Positions 53,225 through 64,000 of a stretch of 64,000 nucleotides of DNA are shown one piece after another. The notes under the pieces are model-generated. The model ran no database searches. It worked only from the letters and a program-made list of their open reading frames with translations, and was not told the DNA's origin. Origin of the DNA: Anthoceros angustus. Lineage: Eukaryota > Plantae > Anthocerotophyta. Numbering within the stretch: position 1 is the stretch's first letter; each line of letters starts with the position of its first letter. The stretch spans positions 1,550,001 to 1,614,000 of the forward strand of contig MU008162.1 of the NCBI GenBank assembly GCA_010909165.1, read 5' to 3'. A program made the translations under genes and the position numbers.

Positions 53225-53654
53225 CTTTACCTTAAACGAATCCTTTTCTTACTAAACTTCCTTGAGATAACTGATTGTATCGTATTCTTGACAAATTAAT
53301 ATATATTATACATACAATGACTACCATATATAGTTGGTCGGATGGGTAAAAAGAAAAATTTATCATCGATAGTTTGACTACCCAAAAGAAGTTTTTATTA
53401 ATAGACAGAAGTTAAAGGAAGTTTTTCCTCATGCCCTCCTACACTCATGCTCTAATGGGTAAAGGGAGCAAGGCAGGTCCCACAACCTGCGTCAAGTGCA
53501 AAATGGGATTTAGGGTTTAAGATTTATAGCTAAAAAATACAGGCAAAGAGGTTATAAAATGGCGGCGAGGTGATGACCCACAAGGTCGGCGGTTTTATGC
53601 CATGGTGCGAAGGTCTGCCCTATGGTATAAAACCGCAGAACATTAGCACACACA

Positions 53655-53752
53655 AGATTTGTGGGCATTCCTCGTAAACAAAAACCCCACCCAAGCATCG
53701 TGTAGGAGATTTGTGGGCATTCCTTGTAAACAAAAACCCCGCCCAAGCATGC
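53655..53752. repeat. ~53 bp tandem duplication
   Basis: gatttgtgggcattcct.gtaaacaaaaacccc.cccaagcat x2. Confidence 0.8.
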
Positions 53753-53980
53753 GGGGCGGCCAGGAGCATAAGAATGTGTCTGCGTTTGTATTCAATGGAA
53801 TTTTGAGAATCGGAGAGAGTCTGCCTAGCATGCATCCAAATGCAAATCTATGAGATGGGATGTTGTTTTGGTTGCCGACAGGAAGAGGGCACATCCTTGA
53901 GAAATCCGCGATGCCCCGGCTGCATTGAGCAAATCCCGTGTAGCCTTGGCCTTCACAGCATCCCAGCATCCCAGCAGGCA

Positions 53981-55105
53981 TCATGAAACATGCTTGGCGT
54001 CCGGATCGGGCCTGCCTTCCGTGAACTTGACGACGCAGTCGTAGAGCCTGCTCCCCAGAAAATCTGCCACCTCGGGATGCTTCACCACCCCCACCTTGAG
54101 GGCATCGCATGTGAACTGGGCGTGCAGGTTGGTCTCGATGCCTCTCCCCATGCCCACCAGAACCACGAGCTCCGCATCCCCGGCGGCGAAGGCGAGCTCG
54201 GGGGTAACCTGCCCCAGGTCGATGACGGGCAGGTCGTTCCCGGAGTTCACCACCCCGAGCCTCCGGGCCTCCTCCTCCCCCAGCCCCAGCGCGCCCGATG
54301 CCCGCAAGCCCGCCACCAGCTCCACCAGCTCCTGGTAGGTGACGTCGTTGATGGAGGGCAGGTCGTTGGCGGCCAGCACCACCTGGGCGCCGCTCCGGAG
54401 CAGCTCCCGGGCCAGAGGCAGCACGCCCAGCACCACGTCCGCCCCGGCGTTGTCCACGAACACCACCACCTTCTTCCAGGTTCCTCCGGCCCGCCGCGCC
54501 TGGAGCAGATGGAGGTCGTCGATCACCCAGGGCCGGGGGGCCAGGAACTCGGCGCAGCGGTGGAAGGAGATGCCGCCGCCGTCGGCAGTGTATTCCGCAG
54601 CCAGGGCAGCCGCGCCCAGGTCGAACACGTTCCCGCACAGCAGGCCGCGAACGAGGTGCTCCAGGCGGGAAAGCGGGTCGGGGATGGCGTCCGCGGAGGC
54701 CAGCACCGAGGGGAGGAGGGACAGGGCCTTCTGGGTCTCGGAGTCCTTGATGGCGCGGAAGATGTCCTGGAAGCCCAGCTCCCGCAGGCAGAGCTCGCGG
54801 AGACGGCAGAGCAGGATGCAGTCCGGGGGCCCGCCGTGGCTTGATGGGTCCTGCTCCAGATCCAACAGCATCGCCTCGTAGCGCGCGCGGAAGCGGGCTG
54901 CCCGCTCCCCGGCGTCCGGGATTGTTGGGTCCTGCTCCGCCTGCTTGGTGAAGGTGGCGTTGGAGTTGCGGAGGAGGCGGATCCAGGCCAGCTCCGTCGG
55001 AGTCGCCTCGCTTGTTGGGTCGCTCGGTTGCCTGTACGGGATGGTGCACGCCTGGTAGCTCCGGTGCAGCAGCGGGAACCACACCGGGCTGGATGTTCGC
55101 TCCAT
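53981..55105 (-). CDS. DUF89/ARMT1-like damage-control phosphatase (At2g17340/PanK4 C-terminal type), intronless
   Basis: LLCGNVFDLG, RPWVIDD, VFVDNAGADVVLG, PSINDVT, GMGRGIETN. Confidence 0.92.
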   Translation of the reverse strand: MERTSSPVWFPLLHRSYQACTIPYRQPSDPTSEATPTELAWIRLLRNSNATFTKQAEQDPTIPDAGERAARFRARYEAMLLDLEQDPSSHGGPPDCILLCRLRELCLRELGFQDIFRAIKDSETQKALSLLPSVLASADAIPDPLSRLEHLVRGLLCGNVFDLGAAALAAEYTADGGGISFHRCAEFLAPRPWVIDDLHLLQARRAGGTWKKVVVFVDNAGADVVLGVLPLARELLRSGAQVVLAANDLPSINDVTYQELVELVAGLRASGALGLGEEEARRLGVVNSGNDLPVIDLGQVTPELAFAAGDAELVVLVGMGRGIETNLHAQFTCDALKVGVVKHPEVADFLGSRLYDCVVKFTEGRPDPDAKHVS

Positions 55106-55424
55106 GGCTGCTTGCTTCTTGTTCCCGGCAAGATTCCCCTAAGCTTCTGGTGATCGGTGTGTGTGTGTTTTTCGGATGATGCGAATGCGGCAAAGCCTAG
55201 GCTCGCGTTGGGTGGTGGATGATGCTGTGCCTACAAATGTTTGATTTTGGGTCTCTACTGCTGCGCTTTGATTTCATGCATATTGTGCAATGTTGGAGTC
55301 TTCAGTTCAGGTGCGAGCTAGGGCAGAATTAGCGGTGATGCACACACTGCCTTTCTCCTCATCTTGTATAAATCAACATCCTGGGAGAAGTGTTTTGGCG
55401 AAGGGCACCAAATGCCTCAGCATA

Positions 55425-55720
55425 TGCCGCTGAGGTGAGAGCGATTCCGGTCACAGCAACAGGAGTTGTAGTTGCAGTCTGTAGTAGAGAAAGCAGCTAC
55501 AAAGCGGGCGGTCTCCTATGAAAACCCCTAATCCTAAACCCTACACGTGGTTTGCGAAGGCAAGTTCATGGCTGGAGGCAGAAGAAGCCAAAGTACGTAC
55601 GTTCATGGCGGGATACAGAGGAGAAAGGCAGCAAAGGAAATCCAAGGCAAGCTCATGGCTGGATGCAGAGTAGAGAGCAGGAAAGGAAGGTATGGGAGAA
55701 TGTGAATGTGAGGAAGGCTC
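55425..55720. repeat. Older, diverged copy of the module at 60515-60960 / 62930-63375
   Basis: ctgaggtgagagc.attccggtcaca...aaacccctaatccta...ggcaagttcatggctggaggcagaag, here with a single minisatellite unit. Confidence 0.75.
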
Positions 55721-55769
55721 AAGCTGCTAGACCCATCTATGGAGGTACCAATTAGGGAGGGAGGACTGC

Positions 55770-55950
55770 AGTTGGCAACAGCCTGATTGACAGAATTCTA
55801 CATTAGGGACGCTCTTCGAGTAATCGACAAATTGGCAACCAGAGTTCTGGAGTGGTCGACATCACTCCATGCGGAATATGCCCGTCATGGTGACGGTCAG
55901 CAGGCATTCTAATTGTGTCGCAGGATGCTGCAAAAGAGCAAGCAGCCAGA
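55770..55950 (+). pseudogene. PLS-type PPR gene fragment
   Basis: VGNSLID...ALRVIDKL...AEYARHGDGQQAF*LCRRMLQKSKQPD, with stops and frameshifts. Confidence 0.55.
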
Positions 55951-56260
55951 CTGTGTGGTCGCCACGTGGAGATTCCTGAGAGCTTGTTCCCAGAACAGTT
56001 CCGATTGGTTTCTGCAGCAACAAACCCGACAGTTACAGATGATGGTCTTGTTGGATGCAGGAGCCCTAGGCCTCGGGATTGGACAGTCTCTAGCTACGCT
56101 GCATCTCAGCACAGCAAGTATCCCTCAGCCACATGTTGTCAGACTGGAGCGTTCTCGGTGGAGAGATGGCAGCATTCTGGGGTGATCGGGAGGCTATTTC
56201 TTTTGGTGCGGTGGAATGAATCGTGAACAGGGTGGTGGGCGGAAACAGTGATCTGAGAAC

Positions 56261-58189
56261 ATGACAATGGGGACAGCAGCGGCTGTGGCCAGCAGGGTTC
56301 CGGCTCTGGGCGTGAGCTTGGGGAGGCAGAGGAGTTGCGGGGCGCCGCCCGGGGTGTTGCTGCATTCGCTGGCGGCGATGGCGGGCGGGTTTGCGGCGGC
56401 CTTGGGGTGCAGCAGCAGCATGGGCGGCGGGCAGGGGAGCTGGGGGAGGGAGGGGAGGAGAGGGGGCGGGAGCAGGAGCAGGGGGGTGCAACAGCAGGCC
56501 CAGGCCAGGGCGGGGCTGATCGCGCCGGACGGGGGGGTGCTGGTGGATCTGGTGGTGCCAGAGGAGGAGCGGGCGGGGAGGCAGGAGGAGGCGGCGGGCC
56601 TGCCGCACATCAGCATCAGCAGGGTGGATCTGGAGTGGGTGCATGTGCTGTCGGAGGGGTGGGCGAGCCCGCTCCGGGGCTTCATGCGCCAGGACCAGTT
56701 TCTCCAGGCGCTGCATTTCAACACGCTGCGGGCGGCCGACGGCAGCCTGGTGAACATGTCGGTGCCCATCGTGCTGGCCATCGACGACGCGCAGAAGGAG
56801 GCCATTGCGGGCGGGACCGCCGTCACGCTCGTGGGGCCCTTCCAGAACCGGGTTGCCATTCTCCGCAAGTAGGTCCTTGGACAATCAGCTTGCCAAAATG
56901 TTCTGCGCAAGTAAGCTCTTCTCTGCGTTGTGTTGCGCAATGCGAGCACCCACCTGGCTATGCTGGGTGGTTGAGTCTGGCACGGCTGCTCTAATACACC
57001 GTGGGTTTGTCGTTTGTTTGGTGTTGCAGCATCGAGATTTACAGGCACAACAAGGAGGAGCGGATCGCCCGCACCTGGGGATGCACAGCTCCCGGGCTGC
57101 CGTATGTGGAGGAGGCAATCACCAATGCCGGGAACTGGCTTGTTGGGGGGGACTTGGAGGTGCTGGAGCGGGTCAAGTATAACGATGGGCTGGACCACTT
57201 CAGGCTGTCTCCTGCGGAGCTGCGTGCCGAGTTTGAGAGGCGGAAGGCGGATGCGGTGTTTGCCTTCCAGCTCAGGAACCCGGTGCACAATGGCCATGCC
57301 CTGCTCATGACTGATACTCGGAAGAGGTTGCTGGACATGGGGTTCAAGAACCCTATTCTTCTGCTGCATCCTCTGGGTGGCTACACCAAAGAAGACGATG
57401 TGCCCTTGGACTGGCGCATGAAGCAGCATGACCAGGTTCTGGCTTGTCACCCGACTTCTGCTGCTGTCTTCTGAGTTTCAGCAACGGGATGCCTGTGCTG
57501 ACATGTTGTTCTTTCAGGTCCTGGCAGAGGGGATTCTAGATCCCGAGACCACTGTTGTGGCAATATTCCCCTCCCCCATGCTCTACGCAGGACCGACTGA
57601 AGTCCAATGGCATGCTAAAGCCCGCATCAACGCTGGAGCCGACTTTTACATTGTGGGTCGGGACCCAGCTGGGATGGGCCATCCTACTGAGAACAGGGAT
57701 CTCTATGACGCAGACCATGGCAAGATGGTCCTCAGCATGGCTCCTGGTCTGGAGAGACTCAACATTCTTCCCTTCAGGGTATGGTGCCCACCCTTCTCCT
57801 CCGGTACAGTCCCTCTCTCCTTCCTCCTTGGTTTCTAAACTCCCTGCCACCCTCTGTTCCGTCAGGTGGCTGCTTACGACAAGACCAAAAGCCAGATGGC
57901 TTTTTTTGACCCCTCCAGAGCTCAAGACTTTCTTTTCATATCTGGAACCAAGGTAATGCCTCTATTCTCGCTACTTCGTTCTGCAGCTAGCAGCTAGCAG
58001 TGGAGTTTGTGGTGATGTCGAAGTTGCTAATCCCTCTCTCTTCATGTTCAGATGCGCAATTTTGCTCGCTCTGGGGAGAGCCTCCCAGATGGATTCATGT
58101 GCCCGGGGGGCTGGAAGGTCTTGGTGGAATACTACCAAAGCTTAGCAGCCAAGGAACCTTCATCTGCTCAGCAAAGCGTGCCTGTCTAG
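56261..58189 (+). CDS. APS: ATP sulfurylase, plastid-targeted, multi-exon
   Basis: Transit peptide, [61 protein letters not shown]. Ends QQSVPV* at 58189. Confidence 0.96.
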
Positions 58190-58395
58190 ACTAGGATTTT
58201 TCACTCAACTGCATCATGTCAGCAACAGTGCAGTCTTTCCTTCACCTCTTAGTTCCGTGAGCATGACGCAACAACGGGGTTGTGGTCAGTCGGCCACACC
58301 TTGCAAAAGGAGGGTCAAAGAATCGCAGGGGGATCTCTGGGTCTTATTCGCTATTGCAGCAAATGGCTCAGGGTTTAGGCGTGGGTTTAAGCCAT

Positions 58396-58780
58396 TTGGG
58401 CAGTGCCTGTACTAAAAAGGCGGGCAGTCTTCAGAGGATTCTGAAGAAGCGGCAGTGCAGCAATTAGGGCAGCGGATAGCTCAGGAGAGCAGAGCGGATA
58501 GACGAGTGCGCAAGCTCCTGTTGCTGAGTGCTGGGGAATCAGGAAAATCTACTATCTTCAAACAGATTATGGTTTTGTTCCAGTCCAGCTTTGACGATGT
58601 GGAGCGAGAGATTTACACCTCTGTGGTGTTTGCCAATGTGTATCAGTCCATCAGCATTCTTCTACATGGTTGCCAGGAGTTTGCACTTGAAGGTAAAGGT
58701 GGCAGCCGGTATGTTTTGCAACAGGCTTTGAGTGACCGGCATTGTTCTGGCATCCGATGCAGCGGGGATCCCTGGGTCTT
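58396..58780 (+). pseudogene. GPA1: Truncated intronless G-alpha fragment
   Basis: TTG-GSACTK (lost ATG), RKLLLLSAGESGKSTIFKQ, FANVYQSI. Inverted counterpart of ~39480-39905. Confidence 0.8.
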
Positions 58781-58899
58781 TTTCGCTGTTGTAGGTGCCC
58801 AGCAGGAGGACTCGACTTTACGTGGACCTCGCCGACAAAGTTGTTTTTCGTGCGATGGTGACCAGCAAGTCTAGTGCCCGTCACGGTTGACGGCAGTCG

Positions 58900-59075
58900 C
58901 ATTCCGGGCAGTATTTCATCACTCGCAGACGAAGCAACATCGGCAAACCTGAGAGAAGGATGTGACCAGCGTGGATCAGGTTGTAGAGTGATAGAAGCAT
59001 GTTCCAGATGCAGCAAGCAGGCCTGCATTGTTGAACAGAAGGTCCAGACTGTCTTGCTGGTCCACGGATTCAAGC
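58900..59075 (-). pseudogene. Possible short-chain dehydrogenase fragment
   Basis: Reverse strand reads LDLLFNNAG and later DVAS..ASDE. Short motifs only. Confidence 0.3.
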
Positions 59076-59852
59076 CACAATTTCACATCTCGCACATATC
59101 AAAATGAAGAAACACTGGACAGATCCAATTCCATAGCTTGGAGTGACAAGGTTATTCCCTTTACCTTATGATGTCATCAAGCGATACTATATACCTTTGT
59201 AGCGTTGCCAACACCTCCCTGCTACAAACAACGAGACTTAGACTTAGTCGCAGAGACCCTGACCAGGGTCCTGAAACTTACACAGACATGCTCGCTCCTA
59301 CCGAGGATCACTGCAAGAAAAGACCACCTGCACCCTTCCCGACAAAAATGTGATGACATGAAATGCCATGCATGCCGGATATGCTGGGCACGGACTTGGT
59401 CGGGAAGCCTGGTCTTTTTCTGTTTTTTGGGGCCTCAGCCGAGAGGTGCTGTCCACCTCCAGTCACAGTAGTTGTGCAAGTTCTGCGCACCTCTGGGCTG
59501 CAAATGCAACGCATACCCTGAGGTGGAAGAGGATTTGATGGTGGCGTCTGAGCTCTCTTGTTCATGACGTTGGTTGATCTCGTCTTCTTGCCAGATAATC
59601 CGACCTAGCGCTAGTCCATCGTCCACATACTCCCATCCCTCTTCAAGATGGTCCTCTTCTGCCAGCTCATCCCTTTCAAGCCAGAGCTTCCTCAGCCTGC
59701 TCCCGGGCCAAAGCTTCCGCTTCTTGCTGCTCCTCTGACTGTATCCTAGCTTGCTCTTCCGGATCAGCCAGCCGGGCCTCCTCTTCGTCACCTACATGGA
59801 ACGCTCTTTTGAATGGCTACGCACAACACAGTGCCAGCAAGCTTGCACTGGT

Positions 59853-60065
59853 GTGCTTTCAAGAGATGGAAAAAACATGGGGTTGCGGCCAATGAGGCTA
59901 CCTTCACATCTGTCCTTGTGGTATGCAGCCACCAGGGGCTCACCAGAGGCTCACCAGTATATGAACAGCATGGGGGAAGACCATGGCATAAGCCCTACAG
60001 CCCAGCACTATAATTGTTTGGTGAATGTTCTTGGGCACTCAGGCCGACTACATGAGGCAGAATGA
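59853..60065 (+). pseudogene. PLS-type PPR fragment (repeated at 62271-62481)
   Basis: FQEMEKHGVAANEATFTSVLVVCSHQGL...HGISPTAQHYNCLVNVLGHSGRLHEAE*. Confidence 0.75.
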
Positions 60066-60689
60066 TCTTACAGACTTGGCTTTTCCAGACTAACATCATG
60101 TAAACTTTGGCAAACATGTAGGCCAATGCTCGTAAGTAGACCGATGTGGAAGAGCTGGATGGTTAAGAAAGACTGCAGGTGCTTGCAAGCTCCCTGCGTA
60201 TCCAGGCCCTTGAAAGGAGTGTACCCTGCTGTTCACCCCAACTTGCTGTTCACTCTTTCGTGGTGGGCGAGGGAAAGTGATGACACCTCCTCCAATCTAT
60301 CCAGAGTGAACTCGCAGGTGCACGGAGAGACGAAATCAGGGAACCAAAATGCCGTGTGTGATCAAACGGAGACAATAGCATTGGCGATGAAAGGTAGCAA
60401 GTCGAGGTCAGTCTGGAGACTTGCTGACCATGACCACTCGCTGTGGTCGCCTTTGATGCTGGTGGGATCGGAGCTGGAGGCAACTGCAGTCAGTGCATCA
60501 TACGCCGCAGCTCATGCCACTGAGGTGAGAGCAATTCCGGTCACAACGACAAGAGTGCATTTGTTGCTTTCTGCACTAGGTGGAGAATGCAGCTACAGAG
60601 CGGGTGGTCTTGCCCTATCGAAACCCCTAATCCTACACACCCACCGACGATGATGTGCCGAGCATGATGATGTGCGAGCGCAAGGCAAG

Positions 60690-60860
60690 TTCATGGCTGG
60701 AGGCAGAAGCAGCCAAGGTACGTTCATGGCATGGCTGGAGGCAGAAGCAGCCAAGTTACGTTCATGGCATGGCTGGAGACAAGAAGCAGCCAAGGTACGT
60801 TCATGGCATGGCTGGAGACAAGAAGCAGCCAAGGTACGTTCATGGCATGGCTGGAGGCGG
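60690..60860. repeat. 38/39 bp minisatellite, 4 units plus a partial (second array ~63105-63272)
   Basis: ggcatggctggaggcagaagcagccaaggtacgttcat and a 39 bp gagacaagaag variant. Confidence 0.9.
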
Positions 60861-61637
60861 AGGAGAGAGGCAGGAAAGGAAAGCCAAGGCAAGTTCATGG
60901 CTGGATGCGGAGTAGGGAGAAGGAAAGGAAAGTAACGGAGAACGTGAGGGAGGCTCAAGGTGCGGGCAGGCAGCAACGGCAGCCCTGTTGCAGAGGGCAG
61001 CAGGAGAGGGATGTAAACGCACAAGAAAACTGACAAAGGTGACGAGTAGCGGCGCATGGAGCTAAAACCTTTAAGCTAGACTGCAGGACCCTATGAAACA
61101 AGAATGCCAACTCCTTGTCCTTTAACAGGGCGAGACAGTCACCTTTGAAGATACAAGGCATCTTCAAAGGTTGAAAAAATGAAAATTCTTCTCAGAAAAG
61201 GAGACCCGTTGGAGCTAAGCTGCAGGAGGACATGGTGCAAGGGCTGCTGGCTAACAACATGTTGTATGATGCTAACAGAGCAGCCTCACAAGCCCCAGGT
61301 CAGAGATGGTTGCAGAAGGCGGGGTGCCTGGCGTACCTGCAAGTTGCAGGTGTGTACGAGACTTCCTCAGATCTAGATATGAACGGCCGGGATGGGCAAC
61401 ATGCCGCCACACACCAGCTGTCAATGCACTTGTCCAGAGTCACCGTAAAACGGTCCTGTCAAGCATAACTGGCGGCATGTTCTTGCTGCTCTTCGCCCTG
61501 CTCACGGCTTCACCTAGTGCTGGCTTCTAAGAACTTGGGCGGTACAGCGTCCTTGGTGTACTGCGGATTCCATCTCTAGAAGAATAGTTCCTCCGTTCGT
61601 TCCAAGCTGTACCTCGGAGGAGAAGAAGAGGATGCTA

Positions 61638-62270
61638 CTATGGCTCCATGTCCTCGGCTTCATCATCATCATACCCAACAGAGCTCGATTCCTCCAGTCG
61701 CAGGTCGGCTAACAACTCTTCCAAAGGCACAGATGGAGCTTCGTCACCATCTGTCATGGACCCTGTCTCCGTTGGAGCCCGGTACGTCGGGTCTCTGTAG
61801 ATGGAGATTTTAGCTCTCAATTCTGGGTCCTCCTCGATGTCTTCTAAAAACTTTTCATAGTCTCCAGCAGTCCGGTCCTGGTCATGCCTGCCTGTCTCCT
61901 CTACTTCCATGGCCAGGGTCTTGAGCTTCCAGGGCCGAGGCTTGCCTCTCTTCTTCTGCCGTTTCTCCTCGTAGCTCTTCTTCACAAGCACAGCATCTGG
62001 CAGCTGGAGGCTTTTGTACTTGTCCAGCTCCAAATCGTTCGTGTTTGCTGTACAGGTCGTACCCCAAGGCGTAGTCTCCAGGGTTCAACAGATGGCCCAA
62101 ATGAGTCCTAACCGTGAAAATAGTATCATTCTTGCCAAAATCACTGCTGCGAGCAACCTGTGCCACCGCTAGGCAAAATTTCCCACTGCTCTCCACAGCC
62201 CCCCGCTCCTGATCAATGTCAAGGACGATGTACTCCACAAGCTGCTTGCTAGAAAGCAGTGCCCTGTAAG
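61638..62270 (-). pseudogene. NMD3: C-terminal fragment of NMD3 (60S export adaptor), frameshifted
   Basis: ALLSSKQLVEYIVLDI, RTHLGHLLNPGDYALGYDL, a frame change near 62045, then LPDAVLVKKSY, WKLK and YEKFLEDIEEDPELR. The N-terminus is replaced by the PPR fragment. Confidence 0.85.
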
Positions 62271-64000
62271 GTGCTTTCAAGAGATGGAAAAACATGGGGT
62301 TGCGGCCAATGAGGCTACCTTCACATCTGTCCTTGTGGTATGCAGCCACCAGGGGCTCACCAGAGGCTCACCAGTATATGAACAGCATGGGGAAGACCAT
62401 GGCATAAGCCCTACAGCCCAGCACTATAATTGTTTGGTGAATGTTCTTGGGCACTCAGGCCGACTACATGAGGCAGAATGATCTTACAGACTTGGCTTTT
62501 CCAGACTAACATCATGTAAACTTTGGCAAACATGTAGGCCAATGCTCGTAAGTAGACCGATGTGGAAGAGCTGGATGGTTAAGAAAGACTGCAGGTGCTT
62601 GCAAGCTCCCTGCGTATCCAGGCCCTTGAAAGGAGTGTACCCTGCTGTTCACCCAACTTGCTGTTCACTCTTTCGTGGTGGGCGAGGGAAAGTGATGACA
62701 CCTCCTCCAATCTATCCAGAGTGAACTCGCAGGTGCACGGAGAGACGAAATCAGGGAACCAAAATGCCGTGTGTGATCAAACGGAGACAATAGCATTGGC
62801 GATGAAAGGTAGCAAGTCGAGGTCAGTCTGGAGACTTGCTGACCATGACCACTCGCTGTGGTCGCCTTTGATGCTGGTGGGATCGGAGCTGGAGGCAACT
62901 GCAGTCAGTGCATCATACGCCGCAGCTCATGCCACTGAGGTGAGAGCAATTCCGGTCACAACGACAAGAGTGCATTTGTTGCTTTCTGCACTAGGTGGAG
63001 AATGCAGCTACAGAGCGGGTGGTCTTGCCCTATCGAAACCCCTAATCCTACACACCCACCGACGATGATGTGCCGAGCATGATGATGTGCGAGCGCAAGG
63101 CAAGTTCATGGCTGGAGGCAGAAGCAGCCAAGGTACGTTCATGGCATGGCTGGAGGCAGAAGCAGCCAAGTTACGTTCATGGCATGGCTGGAGGCAGAAG
63201 CAGCCAAGGTACGTTCATGGCATGGCTGGAGACAAGAAGCAGCCAAGGTACGTTCATGGCATGGCTGGAGGCGGAGGAGAGAGGCAGGAAAGGAAAGCCA
63301 AGGCAAGTTCATGGCTGGATGCGGAGTAGGGAGAAGGAAAGGAAAGTAACGGAGAACGTGAGGGAGGCTCAAGGTGCGGGCAGGCAGCAACGGCAGCCCT
63401 GTTGCAGAGGGCAGCAGGAGAGGGATGTAAACGCACAAGAAAACTGACAAAGGTGACGAGTAGCGGCGCATGGAGCTAAAACCTTTTAAGCTAGACTGCA
63501 GGACCCTATGAAACAAGAATGCCAACTCCTTGTCCTTTAACAGGGCGAGACAGTCACCTTTGAAGATACAAGGCATCTTCAAAGGTTGAAAAAAATGAAA
63601 ATTCTTCTCAGAAAAGGGAGACCCGTTGGAGCTAAGCTGCAGGAGGACATGGTGCAAGGGCTGCTGGCTAACAACATGTTGTATGATGCTAACAGAGCAG
63701 CCTCACAAGCCCCAGGTCAGAGATGGTTGCAGAAGGCGGGGTGCCTGGCGTACCTGCAAGTTGCAGGTGTGTACGAGACTTCCTCAGATCTAGATATGAA
63801 CGGCCGGGATGGGCAACATGCCGCCACACACCAGCTGTCAATGCACTTGTCCAGAGTCACCGTAAAACGGTCCTGTCAAGCATAACTGGCGGCATGTTCT
63901 TGCTGCTCTTCGCCCTGCTCACGGCTTCACCTAGTGCTGGCTTCTAAGAACTTGGGCGGTACAGCGTCCTTGGTGTACTGCGGATTCCATCTCTAGAAGA

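Larger units (their letters stand above)
59853..64000. repeat. Near-identical tandem duplication, period ~2418 bp (59853-61583 = 62271-64000), running off the window end
   Basis: Both copies start gtgctttcaagagatgg and match throughout, apart from homopolymer-length changes and one minisatellite unit. Confidence 0.95.

Noticed and set aside
53643-55193. 516-aa Pro/Gly/Arg-rich ORF and plus-strand ORFs over DUF89
   Set aside because: Off-frame readings of a very GC-rich CDS.
60690-60860. 38/39 bp repeat array as a CRISPR candidate
   Set aside because: Units are head-to-tail with no unique spacers, there are no cas genes, and the context is eukaryotic.

Overview
Nuclear DNA of a compact-genome, seed-free land plant. 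The ~60-150 bp introns, PLS-type PPR fragments and a flagellar kinesin-9 fit a hornwort or Selaginella-like lycophyte, but the species cannot be fixed from sequence alone. GC-rich conserved genes: intronless CHLH, DTX48-clade MATE, mevalonate kinase, RPL27, kinesin-9, organellar sHSP, acetoacetyl-CoA thiolase, WDR76-like WD40, UMAMIT/WAT1, intronless DUF89 phosphatase and ATP sulfurylase. These alternate with AT-rich accessory islands and many locally duplicated gene fragments (ATP sulfurylase, intronless G-alpha, WD40, UMAMIT 5' region, PPR, NMD3, F-box). Best novelty candidates: (1) a dispersed family of AT-rich, intronless RING-H2 / Asp-repeat / C-terminal-hydrophobic-tail genes with a shared upstream module, (2) a bacterial-type right-handed beta-helix gene, (3) a secreted protein with two TPD1-like domains, (4) a 30-bp hairpin in the AACT leader that pairs fully only on the sense strand, and (5) a Tad1/I-type LINE remnant upstream of one RING gene. 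No tRNA, rRNA or CRISPR was recognised. Exon boundaries were read by eye. Homopolymer-only differences between two duplicated segments suggest some frameshifts may be consensus errors.
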